From Eledone cirrhosa (lineage: Eukaryota), in assembly GCA_964016885.1 (NCBI GenBank), contig OZ024740.1:340566001-340630000 (forward strand): a stretch of 64,000 nucleotides of DNA, in the 5' to 3' direction. Below, one piece after another: positions 1 through 12,700 of this stretch. The notes below the pieces were generated by a model, which was given only the letters and a program-made list of their open reading frames with translations, did not search any database and was not told the DNA's origin. Each line of letters opens with the position of its first letter. Within the stretch, counting starts at the first letter, position 1. Both the position numbers and the translations under genes were made by a program.

Positions 1-90
1 CCGAAAGGATAGAGATGAAGGATAGATAAAATAATAGTTCATTTTTATTTTAGATTGTTACAAAGACATCAACAGAGTATTTATTGTGGA

Positions 91-395
91 TGTAGGTATG
101 GCTGAGTGGTTAAGAAGTTTGCTTCACATTCACAAGGTCCCAGGTTCAATCTTGCTGCATGAGTAAAATTGGATAAACAGAAACTGTGTAGAAGCTAGTA
201 AAATGGATTGTAACTTGAATTCAAAAGCCCAGCCATGTCACATACTGTGTCATGCTGAACATTCAGTTTTGGGATTATGTTAAAGGCGCACATATCTGTG
301 GAATATTCAATGACTTGCAAGTTAATTCATGCATTGGATGTTCCGTTGATCAAACGACTGAATCCTTATTGTCGAAACTGAGAAAGGACCCACCA
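91..395 (+). mobile_element. Degenerate tRNA-derived SINE
   Basis: A-box-like tggctgagtggttaag and B-box-like ggttcaatc head followed by a degenerate body. Boundaries approximate. Confidence 0.6.
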
Positions 396-737
396 TCAAA
401 GTATTTACCAAGATGTTTGAAAACAAGAAAATGTTAGTTTTGTTCTTTCATAGCACTATGACTACTTGGTACCACAGACAATTTGTTCCTTGGTGGTCTA
501 TTTCATATGAACCAGAATTAGGCAAAGAAATGCTTTGTTTATTTACAAATCAAAGCAATGAAAAGATTCTATGAGCAGCCTATATTATAGGTACAAGTAT
601 ACCTATTAGTATTATATCTGCTCAACTGACAGTGCTTTGTCTGTTTTCTAACAACAAACCTTCACATCAGATGAGAAGTTAACATCTTAATAAACTCTTA
701 CAGCTTATTATTTTAAAAATTCTGTTTAATAGATATG

Positions 738-875
738 TTAAACAGTTTGACACCAACCCATTCTTTAATACAAAACCACCTTATATCCTAAGCTTATTCT
801 TAGAACCTATAGCTAAGTTATTTTAGTAAATCTCTCCAAATTCTTAATTCTTTAAACAATTAATTGAAAGTTTAA
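738..875. mobile_element. Partial copy of the TTAA-flanked MITE family
   Basis: Shares aagttattttagtaaatctctccaaattcttaatt with copies at 16.6, 19.2, 26.1 and 30.7 kb. Confidence 0.45.
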
Positions 876-1335
876 GTTTTAGAGAGTAATAATACTTCAG
901 TATTCTAAGATGTGTTTTATGTTGTTAGTTACAGTCTGAACTGAAGCATGTTCCTCAGTACTAAGGTCGAGCGAGTACAGTACCTCACTGCCAAGATTAA
1001 ATATCTTAATGTCAACCACTCAATTACGTACTTTAATATCAAGATAGAGCACCTCAATGTCAAGCACTTAACTAAGAACTGAATATATCAGCTGTTTCCC
1101 CCACATAGATAAATCAAGAGATAGATTATTCAAAAGCAATCCTCAATCAGTAGCTGTTTTATAGAAATGTTTATTGAAGAAATGTAATTTTATAAATTAT
1201 GCTTCCTATTGAAAAGCAACTCTTGCTCAAAATGGTCATTCACACCAGATGAAAGGTTTTCCATTAACTTTTACTATTAAATATGTCATTTATGCAACCA
1301 TATCTACTTTGTATTTACACTGTAAAAGCAGGTGC

Positions 1336-1374
<39 letters not shown>

Positions 1375-1928
1375 CATCACACAACTGTTATCCTGGTCAT
1401 ACAGACCAATCTTAATTCAACTTTTAGAAAATGAATATATTTTGAAAGCAGCAGAATAACTGTTAAAAGAAAGGACTTAAGGTTATTAACTGATGCTATT
1501 GACAAGAATGCAAGACTCAATCTTTAGCAACATTACAGTGCTATTTAGTTTAGTGATTTAAATAATAAAAAGTTATACATTTAGGCTCAACAAATATATA
1601 TATACACATATATATAAAGGAGAGAAAGAGAAAATGGAAAACCTGATTTTGAGAGAAATGAGATGTGGGAAAAAGTCTATAAACTATATTCATGAACTAC
1701 TGACTCAAATGATGATGATGATGATGATGATAATGACTGGGGAAAAATATATAAAAAACAAATATTCCACCAGATGTAGTTGTAATGAATATCTTACATA
1801 AAGAAGCCTGAGATTTCTGTTCGAGGTGGAAGTTGTGATATTTATTCCTTTCCAAACATTGAGATCAGTGTGTAGATGATATATTACAGTAGCATGGGAA
1901 GATTGTGGAAAGGAGTATTGGAAGAGGT

Positions 1929-1969
<41 letters not shown>

Positions 1970-2114
1970 TGTGGAAAGAGGTGAAGTCATGAAGAGCCAA
2001 GTATGTTTGAAAGAAAAATGGATGGAAAAAGAGCACACCCAGTAGAGCAGAGATGTCAAACAAGCAAGTAAGAAAATATAGACCATATATGTGATTCACA
2101 CAACACCAATACTT

Positions 2115-2645
2115 CACTGACACTTATTTTTATCAACCCTGAAAGGACAAAAGGCAAAGTCAACCCTAGTAGGATTTGAACTCAGAACATAGAGCTGTAA
2201 ACAAATACAACAAACATATTTTATGTATCGTTCTACTGATTTATCCATTCTACTGCCTTAGTATTATAATGGTTTCTGATTTAGGCACAAGGCCAACAAT
2301 TTTAGGGGTGGAGTAAGTCGATTAAATCAACCCCAGTGCATCACTGGTGCCTTACTTTATTGACTCCATAAGGATGAAAGACAAAGCTAACTGTGGCGGG
2401 ATTTGAACTCAGGCACAAGAGCCTAAGACATTGGGGACAAAAATAATAACAATCATGGTTCTTAATTTAGACACAGGGTCAGCAATTTTGAGGGGAGGTG
2501 AAGTCAATTTCTATCAAACCCGGTACTTATATCAGCCCCAGAAAGATGAAAGACAAAATTAACCTGGGTGGGAACTGAACTCAAAATGTAAAGGGATGTA
2601 ATTAAATTATCTCTTCCACTGCTCTATTAATTCTACAAAACACTG
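2115..2645 (-). mobile_element. Cluster of three degenerate tRNA-SINEs with a Meta/Sauria-like core
   Basis: Three repeats of ggatgaaagrcaaag...gggatttgaactcag (reverse complement of B-box plus CTTTCATCC core) with ttaggcacaagg tails; same family as 17036-17230. Confidence 0.75.
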
Positions 2646-2664
2646 ACTACTATGACTGCTACTA

Positions 2665-3262
2665 CCATATATACTCAAATATAAGCAGAGAAATATGTAA
2701 CCAAAAAATCAATGGTAAAATATTGGGTTGACTTATATTCAGGGTCAATATTTTGACGATTTTCATCAACTTTAAATTCTATGCAAATAAAGTGCTAAAA
2801 TATTTGGAGTGATTATTTCATAATGAAACACTGCTTTTCTACATTTCCTATATTGTCAGGAGTTTTATTTATGCATTGCCTTGAAAACATTCCCACAAAG
2901 TTTTATTATTTGAACTTTTTAATACATAAATATCCCTTACACATGTGGCTGACCGTTTTTCTCTGTGACTTATGTAATTATACTTTTTCTTTCAATCTTT
3001 TTTTGTTTTATTTTGCTTGCCCTCTTTTTCTCATTTGTTGTCTCTTCCTGAAATCATTACGTTGTGGATTTGTGAAACAAAAGATACTTCAAACATTTTA
3101 AATATAAAAATTTCATATTTTCTCCACTCATGAGAATTTCAAAACAGAACCATAATGTGTAGATTTTTGTCCATTTCTCAAATATAAAATGGGGTCGTGG
3201 GGGGTGGGGGTGGGGTGGGTGGTGGGGGTGGTGGGGATCGGCTTATATTCAAGTATATATAG
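2665..3262 (+). mobile_element. Tc2/pogo-like MITE, copy 1
   Basis: Terminal inverted repeats ccatatatactcaaatataagc / gcttatattcaagtatatatag, TA on both sides, non-coding. Homologous over its length to the inverted copy at 24992-25671. Confidence 0.75.
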
Positions 3263-3940
3263 TAATTGATCATAATCACAGAATATAGACTTTGCTTACT
3301 TAGAACACTAACTGAAAGACACAAAACAAGTTGCAACGACATATCTTAGTCATAACAGAATCTAATAAATTGATACCTGATAATAACTGATAGAACAAGG
3401 AAAGGTAATTCCTTAAAAGATATTATGCTAGACAAATATATAGTCTTATGAGAAAAGCTCATTTGTAACTTTGGAAGAGAAAACTATAGTAAAGATGTGT
3501 GTCTTATGGAAAAATAGGATTTTTATATCTTTTGTTCCATGAATTGGGAAGTTCCATCTGTTATGGAAATGGATTTAAAAAGTTGAATGTTGCTCCGATT
3601 GCTTTAAGGACTAGCTAGGCTAGCTGAGAGCATGCGATGTGCCTTGATCAAGGAAACATCAATATGTTTGTAGTCAAGCTGCAACCTATAACAAAGAAGT
3701 CTATCTTAACTATACACTTTGTTATCAGGTGGTAAACAGTAAATACACAAGGCTATATAAACTTTGTGTTTTCCCCAGAAGGCTACAAAAAACACTAGAG
3801 ATATAGGCTTATCACCAATTTTATAACAGAATTCATGAGACAAGGTAAACACTTGCACTGATTCAGTGATTCTGCGGGCACCAATATTTCTTAAATTCTA
3901 AACAATATTATACAGTTGTATTTACCAGTTCTCTTCAGTC

Positions 3941-3946
3941 TTTATT
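3941..3946 (-). terminator. Candidate polyadenylation signal (AATAAA) of the NCOA5-like gene
   Basis: First AATAAA I found on the minus strand downstream of the stop, about 640 nt away. Weak evidence in AT-rich DNA. Confidence 0.3.
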
Positions 3947-4586
3947 ACAAAGGATTTTATAGAATAAAAACTCTGTAGTGACGCCTTCATCAAGCAATAT
4001 ACAAGTTATAACACAAAATAATTTACAACCAATAGCTTGCTTATCTGATATATAATGTAAACAACAACAAACAAAAAACAAACAGAACAATATTTCCCTT
4101 CATCAGTAATAATGACAATGACTATCTGTTGAAAAAGCCAATATAACCATTGGATGAATTTGTTCAATATATATAAATTAGAAAAGTATTTTGTGAGAGA
4201 GTGATCAATGCTAGTAAGATGATAGATTTATGAATATAAAAGAAACATGTCACTTTTGAAAGATCTATTTTTTTATGTCTATCTGTTCTGTTAAATTGAA
4301 ATAATTCAAACTTCCAATGCTGTATTGCTTCATATAATTGATAGAAAAACAAGGGAAATATGGTTAAGTATAATGCTGAACATAGAATGGTGAATTTCAG
4401 AATTAAAAAGAACAGTTAGTGATGCCTATTGAAGATGGATTAAGTCTAGTAGCCATCTTTTGGACCATGCCAATGTTGGGCAATTATGGACCCTTTTGTG
4501 GTGGGTGCCAGTCCATAGCATTAGCTCCAGAATTACTGGTTGGAGGAAAGCATTGATTATTTTTCACTCCATCAAATGGTAAATTG

Positions 4587-4963
4587 TTAATTCTTTGTGG
4601 TAGAGATAACCCTTTTGATATTTTGAAGGATATTAGGCCCACTCTGTATCAAATTGTCTAATGCCTTTTTGACAATAGGGTTATCAAAGTTGATAAGAGC
4701 TGACATATCTGAAGGATTTCCAATAAATCCAGGAGGAGCATCTTCTATATTACTCAATGCAGTATTAGGTTTGGTACGGTGAAGAGGATTGCGCAGTTTT
4801 GAGGATTGTTTATCAGCAGAGTTATCTTCAGAAGCATTTGAAGTAATCAAACTTAATATTTTAGACTGAAAACCTGTATCTTTCTGCTGGTTGGGATGCT
4901 GGAACATTAGCATATTGTTATCAATTCTTCGCTTATCCTCTTCGGCTCTAAAATCTCCTGAAC
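4587..4963 (-). CDS. NCOA5: NCOA5-like gene, last coding exon
   Basis: Acceptor ttttgtccttcag. Phase 1 entry (G|GT) gives GSGDFRAEEDKRR...FQSKILSLI...INFDNPIVKKALDNLIQSGP...TKN*, matching the NCOA5 C-terminal motif INFDNPSVQKALDTLIQSGP. 377 nt including TAA. Confidence 0.9.
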
Positions 4964-5093
4964 CTGAAGGACAAAAAGATAAACTGAACCATTATTTTAC
5001 TAATATTGTTATCAATATATATGTCCATAATAACATTTGACAAAGAGAAGGGAAATAATTGTTGTTCACAGATGCCAACATGTTAGTTTTATA

Positions 5094-6022
5094 TTAGGTT
5101 GTTCAGAAATTAATGGAAATTTTATGTTATTATTTGGTAGTGGCGAATTCACTCTTGAATATAAAGGAAGGTCATGAATGTCCTTTTGTCATTGACAACG
5201 ATGAACTGAAGACATTGGTGGAAGCAAATCCTTACACAACTGTTCGAGAACCTGCAGGAGAGCTAGATGTAACCATTGGAACAATTTCTGAACATTTGAA
5301 CTAAATTGGAAAGTTGAAGAAACTTGAAAAATAGGTGCCATACAAATTGAATAAAAACCAGAAAAATCACTGTTATAAAGTTTGCTCTTTGCTTCTTTTG
5401 TGGAACAAAAATGACCAATTTCTTGATTGTATATGACATGATGAAAAGTGGATCCTATACAACAACTGACAACATTCAGCACAGATGCTGGATCAAAATG
5501 AAACCCCTAAACACTTCCCAAAGCTGAAGTTGTCCCAAAAGAAGATTATGATGACAGTTTGGTACTCTGTAGCTGGATTAATCCACTACAGATTTCTGAA
5601 TCCTGGTGAAACAATCACAGCAGAGAAGTATTGTCATGAAATAGATGAAATGCATAAAAAATTACAGTGTGTGTGCCCATCATTGGTTAATAGAAAAGGT
5701 CCAATCTTCTTGCACGACAATGCTTGACTACTCATTACACAACCAACGCTCCATGCTTTATTCAGCGTATTCACTGGATTGATCTTTCACTAACCAACCA
5801 TCACTTTTCAACAACTTTAACAGTCTTGAACAACCAAACAACTGAAAAAAATGCCTTTGAAGAATTTAACACATTCAGAATTTCAGAATTCTATGTTACT
5901 GGAATAAATTAATAAATTAATCTTGGTGGTAAAAATGTGTAGATTCAATAAAGTTTCATCTAGATGAGATGTCATTTCAAAGTTAATGTTTAAAAACCTG
6001 CATTAATTTCTGAACAAACTGA
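5094..6022 (+). mobile_element. Mariner transposon fossil (Hsmar1/cecropia-like), internally deleted and disrupted
   Basis: TIRs ttaggttgttcagaaattaatg / cattaatttctgaacaaactga with TA target duplication. Transposase motifs TTVRE, DEKWILY, KLSQKKIMMTVWYS and FLHDNA, with stops and frameshifts. Confidence 0.92.
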
Positions 6023-6699
6023 TAACTTTAGCTTGCCCACCTTTATTATGTGATTTTTTTCTTCTTTGCTTTTGAAATTTACAAACTACAAACAGACAGA
6101 ATGTACAGAAAAATAAGCAGATTTTCAACAAAGAAAAATGCAACAGTGAAGTAAAGAAACTGTTAATTTGATTGCACCCTGTTTATTAGATTGTTACAGA
6201 GAACTAGATAAACTGAAAAAGAAACAAAATAATGAACAGAGAACATAAGAGTAAATGAGATCCTGGTTTCTATCAAATATACAATCTTTAATGTTTCTTA
6301 CAATAGACAAAACTTTCAACACATTCACAGCTGTCTCACACTCTCTCAGATTACATATACATACATATCAGGAAAACCTGTAGTTAACATAAACATCATT
6401 ATAGGGACAATTCACGTGGATTCTTTTCTGTGAGTGACTACAAGGAATGTTTGTAAAATAGAAAGTAATACAATCTCTCAAAGACCATCCTAAGAGTATT
6501 GATAGTAAAATGAATAGTTCGTAATTTATTTGCACTTATGTTGGTGTTCACTCAGAATGAGTTTTGATGGCTGCAACCAGTAAATCTACAGTATCATGAA
6601 CAGAAGTTGATCATGTCTGGTAGTCCAACATCAACCAGTTGCTTTTCAATGGCAGAGATATTATACAAGAGTATCAGATATTGATTCAAGACCTTGGTT

Positions 6700-7390
6700 C
6701 TACTAATCCACATTTTTAGATGTCTTCCTCATCCTTTACACCATACTGAGGGAAGTTCTACCATGCAGATGAGTTCACTCTGTGGAAGACAGTGTGTGAC
6801 CAAATCAATGGAGGAAGCTTTTGAACAAGAAATGTTGAAGAGAATTAATGCAGTAACCATGGAGAATTCAGAGAAGACAAAGGTGGTTAATCACTTCTAG
6901 ATTGTGTTAAGTCCACTGCTTTCATTGTCTACATTTCATAGGCACAGAGTAGGATGGTGCAAATGGAAACTCAGTAGATGCAAATTTTTGTGGTTACACA
7001 GAACTGCACTATAGAGCTTTAAAAACAACAAAATACATTACGTAAATGGTTGAGGAGGACATCTATACCATCTTTATTTTAGCCTGTGGCAGTAAAGGCA
7101 GCACCAAGGTACTTGATTGACCTCTTTCAGAATCTTGCCACTGAGTATGATGAGGATCCTCTCAAAGGACAAGATACCAGCTAATACAATCTGATTTGGT
7201 TGCATTAACTTTCATACCAACATTCAACACAAACACACCAAGACATTTAATGGCTGATTGAACATCAACATAGTTGTCATTAATTATCATAAAGTTGTAA
7301 GCATAGTTGAGGCCCATGATGGTGAAATCTTGTTGCAGTTGATGACATAAGTGAATGGTTTTGGAGATAGAAGGCAGCCCTAACAGATAC
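6700..7390 (-). mobile_element. Highly decayed LINE (RTE-like) RT/C-terminal fragment
   Basis: Minus strand gives KYLGA (about 7101-7114) and YEM.TMKAVD...LEV.NHLCL..IL, resembling the ETWT...RCLRRIL region of RTE ORFs. Confidence 0.45.
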
Positions 7391-7624
7391 CTGAGTGAAT
7401 TGTTTTTTTTAAAATCAGTTTAAATTCCCCACAGTTAGCAATTAGCTGAGTTTATGTAACAGTTTGTCACTCTTATTTTAAATATAGACATTTAAGTAGG
7501 CAGAGGAGGGAGAGAAGGGAGGGAGATGGGAGAGAGAGCAAGATATATGAAAAGAAGAAACAAAATGTTTTAAGAAATGTTTCGTATAATCTTGTGTGCA
7601 AGAGACCAAAAAAAACGAACTGAC

Positions 7625-7894
7625 CTTCTGAGGCAGCAGGTTGCATGTTCATCTCCATCATCATCTTCTTTCGGTTAGAGACATAAAGCAACACCTTATC
7701 CAATTCTTCAATTGTGAGATGGCGGCTATCAGCTAACAAATCTAACAAATATCTAATTTCAAATGGAGGTGGATCAAATGCTTGAGTTGGTGCAGGTTTT
7801 GTAGTATTGTTTTCCTCTTTCAACTGTTGGAGGTAACGTTCAAAGTTGCGTGCCACAAGATTCATAGCATCAGCTAATGGCATATTTCGGTGCT
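7625..7894 (-). CDS. NCOA5: NCOA5-like coding exon with LxxLL motif
   Basis: Acceptor ctctctgacag, donor GTCAGT. Encodes EHRNMPLADAMNLVARNFE...IRYLLDLLADSRHLTIEELDKV, closely resembling vertebrate NCOA5 EHRNMPQADAMVLVARNYE and LINLLADNRYLT. 270 nt, phase 1-1. Confidence 0.95.
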
Positions 7895-8405
7895 CTGTCA
7901 GAGAGTATAACAAAGGTTTTGTGTAAGAAATGGTTCTAATTTAAGCTTACAATACTAGTTACAATGAATAACATTATCATTTTTACATCCATTTCTTTTG
8001 AAACAGAATTCTTCAACTGGATGCTGTATATATCTTTTAAATATAAACAATTTATGGAATTTTAGTAAATAAACGTATAAATATGTATATGAAAATAGAT
8101 AAATAAATAAAAACACACACAAACCCGGGTATAACACATGTGCAGCCTAAGTACACAGCTTACAAAAACAAGATAGCGTTGGACAGTACAAAGGAGTGAC
8201 ATAAAATAACAAAGGTAGTCATTGAGGAGGTCACATTGTGTGATGAAAGAGATTTGACAATCAACAACTAAACAACCATCCAGTTATTAAACTAACCGAC
8301 AGAGTTTATAATAAATGGAAGTGAAAACTAACAGGTTCATGTGTTTTTATTGGCAGCATGACCCTCCCAAAGTATAACAATATCTGTTTCAACACGTTTT
8401 CAGAT

Positions 8406-8436
<31 letters not shown>

Positions 8437-9128
8437 CGGGGTGGTATCAAAATGTTTCCGGACTAGTTCTGTAGCGTGCCAACAAATGGTAACATACGGT
8501 TGTGTGTGCAGTGACCTTCATGCGCTAGTGTGGTGAGTGACATCGCTGTGTTCACTGTGCAAGTTGTGTTTTTGTGATAAGTATGCTGTAGCCTGTGATT
8601 TTGTCATGAAAAAGAAGTTGGAACAAAGAGCCAATGTGAAATTTTGCATTCAGCTTGGGAAGTCTGCTACAGATGCATTGAGCTTGCTTCGGCAAGCTTA
8701 TGGCAATGAGGCAATGGGTTGTACGCAATGTTTCGAGTGGCATGGGTGCTTCAAAAGTGGAAGAATGTTCCTGGAAGATGTGCCATGAGAATTCGTCACC
8801 AGGGCCAGACCATCAATCGAGAATTCTACTGCAACATTTTGAGGCGTTTGAGGGAGGAAGTTCAGTGAAAGTGACCGGATCTTTGGAGCGCAAAGAATTG
8901 GATTCTCCACGACGACAATGCACCCTGTCACCGAGCTCTCCTCACTTGTGAGTTTCTTGACAAAAACAACATTGTATCGCTTCCGCACCCACCCTATTTG
9001 CTAGATTTAGCAACTGCGGACTTCCATCTCTTCTCCAAGCTGAAAATGCAGCTCAAAGATCACCTTGCCAAGATCCAAAGCGAATCGCAGAAAGTGTGAC
9101 TTGCTTATAGAAAATGACTTCCATCAGG
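8437..9128 (+). mobile_element. Mariner fossil (irritans-like), internally deleted and 3'-truncated
   Basis: Starts TA|CGGGGTGGTATCAAAA. Encodes EQRANVKFC..LGKSATDA..LLRQAYG...FEWH..FKSGR fused to PGQTINREFYC...WILHDDNAPCH...LPHPPY..DLA..DF.LF.KLK. Confidence 0.9.
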
Positions 9129-9184
9129 AGTTAAACTGAATTAAGAGGAGCAGAAGTAAGTAAAGTCTTTTAAAGTTAACTTAC

Positions 9185-9384
9185 CTTGAGGAGTACCAGG
9201 AAATATGTGTAAGGTTAGTGAATTGTAGACTTCATTTTGTGGACATATGATAACGACATATAACACTCCTTGCCTTGCCTTTTCTTCCACAAATTTCATA
9301 TGAGAACAATCGTCAGGAATCACACAAATCTCTGTACTCATATTGAAATTTTCCAATCTTCTTTTTAAATGATCAGCATAGTCT
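9185..9384 (-). CDS. NCOA5: NCOA5-like coding exon (anticodon-binding-domain-like alpha/beta domain)
   Basis: Acceptor tttctattctag, donor GTAAGT. Encodes DYADHLKRRLENF...GVLYVVIICPQNEVYNSLTLHIFPGTPQ. 200 nt, phase 2-1, joins in frame to EHRNMP. Confidence 0.93.
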
Positions 9385-9559
9385 CTAGAATAGAAATATA
9401 ATAGTTTAAGTTAAAGAAAACTGTTTTTTTTTAAATACCATTCATCATCATCATCATCGTGATGATGAATGGTATCTAAAAAAAAAAAAAAAATGTACCA
9501 TATAACTGTTGTTATAGCTCATACTTATGTAGGTTTATAGGTTTATCAGGTATTTTAAT

Positions 9560-9752
9560 AAGGGGCTCCAGCCCTATCATAAAAAAAATCCCCCAGGACT
9601 GGACACCCGCCTGTTGTAGAAGTTAAGTCCAGCTGTTGCTGGTAATTTTTTTCAGCTGAGCAAACTAAAGTACCTTAATCAAACAAAATGCCACCCAAGA
9701 ATCAAATCCATGACCTTATGATTGTGAGTAACATCTTAACCACAAGGCCAAA
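9560..9752 (-). mobile_element. Degenerate tRNA-derived SINE
   Basis: Reverse complement begins tggccttgtggttaagatg...tggatttgattc, a tRNA-like head. Confidence 0.5.
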
Positions 9753-9789
9753 TGCTTCATTTGTACCATATTTTTCCAGGATTCATAAA

Positions 9790-12700
9790 AATAGATTCTC
9801 TCGCCCCTCAAAATCGCTATTACTCCCACTCTCTCTAACATATACGTCCCTCTCGCTCTCTCACTCCCTAATATAAATAAGAATGTTACGAAGGACAAAA
9901 CCTCAGAATTTGTCAACTCTTATTAATGGTCAGTCGATTCTACGAAAATGTAATGTATAATATACATTTTCTTCTTGTCTCCTAAAACCTGGTTCATTCA
10001 TCCATATATATCTACAATCGTTGCTTACCTATAATTCCGTCTCACTGTTCTAAATAATCTTCTCCACGCTTGTTCTAAATAATCTTCTCTTTGCTAACTA
10101 CCCCATACCCCTCCCTCCCGCCCTAACTCTCCACCTTTACTATTTGGACCAATCACAAGTCAACGGCCTATGCTATCACTTCTGGCTGCTTTTCGATATG
10201 ATGGATGGACTAAGGATTTTCTGGAGAGTCTGAAGAATCGGGACACTCGATGACAATGCCAAAGATAACGACAAATTCACCTCATGCTGCCGGACGAAAG
10301 GGCAAGGCCCCCCCCCCCTCTTTGTTTCGACCGCGGATGGCCAACATAACCCCAAACTCATCCCCCTCACCCCTCCCTGCGCCCCATCCTCCACACACAA
10401 TCCAAAACTTCAGAGTTGGTACCATGAACGTAGGCACCTTAAAAGGCCGCTCTAACGAGGTTGTAGAATTGCTTGAACGTAAGGAGGTTGATGTTTGCTG
10501 TATCCAAGAGACCAGGTGGAGGGGCGGGTCTGCTAGATTCATTGTGGGTAAAAAACGTTGCTATAAGCTTTTCTGGGTGGGAAATGACAATGGGACAGGT
10601 GGGGTAGGAATCATGTTAGCAGAAAAATGGGTGGATAAGATAATAGATGTAAATAGAGTGAATGACAGAATAATTAAAATAAGACTTGTTCTAAACAGAA
10701 CTACTGTGACAGTGATATCTGCATACGCGCCCCAATCTGGACTGCCTGGCGCTATAAAAGACAGATTCTATGAGACACTGATGCTCACTACCTCCCAAAT
10801 AACCGACAGTGACTATATAATTATTGCTGGCGAGCTAAATGGCCACGTTGGACAAAATTGTGACGGCTATGACGGAATCCACGGAGGCTATGGGTTTGGT
10901 ACTAGAAACGAGGAAGGCTCCAGAATCTTGGAATTCTGTGATGCAAATAACCTAACTATCTGTAACACTAACTTCAAAAAAACGAGACAATCACTTGATC
11001 ACCTACAGATCAGGGGAACATACCAGCCAGGTAGATTATATCCTTACCAGAAGACGTGACAGAGTGTCTGTTGTAAACACTAAATCCCTCCCCCATGAAG
11101 AATGCACCTCCCAACATAGACTGATAATTAGCGACCTCATAGTCAGGACGAGACGTACTAGACAGCAGAAGAGGACTATCCTCAGGAGAAAAATATGGAA
11201 GCTAAAGGATCCCACAGCCAGAAATAAATTTCAAAGCATATTACTTGATGCTTTCGACAGTAAGGAAGAGCAATTAGAGTCATACAATGTAGAGGAACAG
11301 TGGGAATTCCTGAAAGCAAACCTGCTGATGGCAGCAGACGAAGTATGTGGCTGGAGCAGGCCTGTAGGCAGGAGGAGAGTAACATGGTGGTGGAACAGTA
11401 AGGTGGAGGGGTCAATCAAGGCCAAAAAGCAGGCTTGGAAAGCATGGCGGGATGGGGGAAGTAGAGAAGACTATCAAGTGGCCAGGAGGGAAGCTAGGAG
11501 ACAAGTGTACTTCGCAAGAAGGGAAGCAGAGGAAAGAAAGTTCAAGCATGTTCTACAACGCGAGGACCAAAAACCTGAGGTGTTCAGGATTGCTAGGCAA
11601 TGTGTCAAGGAAAACCGTGATATTGTCGGGGAGAAGTTTGTACTTAACGATGATGGCGTACTTGCCATCACTGACGCTGATAAGAAGGTAGCTTGAAAGT
11701 GTCACTACGAAAGGCTACTAAATGAGGAGAATAAATGGGAGAAAGACAGTCTCCCCCACATGGACCCAATAGAGGGACCAGCAGTGTTAGTCGAAGGTAG
11801 TATAATAAGTAAGGCAATCAAAGATATGAAGACGGGTAAGGCGGCTGGGCCTTCGGAAATAGTTGCTGAGATGCTGAAAGCCTCTGGAACGGTGGGACAC
11901 ACCATGGTCACCCGGATAGTAAACCAAGTCATACAGAATGGGGTTGTTCCGAAGGACTGGCGTAGCAGCATCATCGTTAACTGTTATAAGGGTAAAGGAG
12001 ACGCCCTAGATAGGAGTAACTATAGAGGCATTAAATTAATCGACCAGGTCATGAAGGTCACAGAAAAAGTAATAGCGCAACTAATCAGAGAGAGAATTGA
12101 TCTAGATGAAATGCAGTTCGGGTTTGTGTCAGGCAAAAGTACCACAGACGCTCTCTTCATTGTACGACAACTACAGGAGAAGTACCTAGCTAAAAGTAAA
12201 CCCCTATATTTAGCTTTTGTCGACTTGGAGAAAGCCTTCGACAGAGTCCCCCGTTCCATTATCTGGTGGGCTCTTAGAAAACTAGGTGTTGACGAATGGC
12301 TTGTGAGAGCTATACAAGCCATGTATAAAGAAACAGTCAGCAAGGTTAGAATTAACAACGAATATAGTGAAGAGTTTAGCGTAAAAGTTGGTGTCCATCA
12401 GGGCTCTGTTCTTAGCCCCCTACTATTTATTATTGCCCTTCAGGCTATAACAGAGGAGTTCAAGACCAGCTGCCCATGGGAACTCCTATACGCAGATGAT
12501 CTAACGCTCATAGCTGAATCAATGGCCGAGCTAGAGAAGAAATTCCAAACATGGAAGCACGGCCTAGAATCAAAAGGCCTTAAAATTAACCTGGCTAAGA
12601 CTAAAGTTCTAGTTTGTAGGAAAGAAAATAAGGTGCCGGTCCCTTCCGGGAAATGGCCATGATCGGTGTGTAGGAAAGGCGAAGGTAGAAACTCCATTTT

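Noticed and set aside
9790-10250. HDV-like ribozyme expected in some RTE 5' UTRs
   Set aside because: I could not trace the nested double pseudoknot by eye; only a 19-bp tandem duplication (about 10047-10089) is evident. An RNArobo/Infernal search would be needed.
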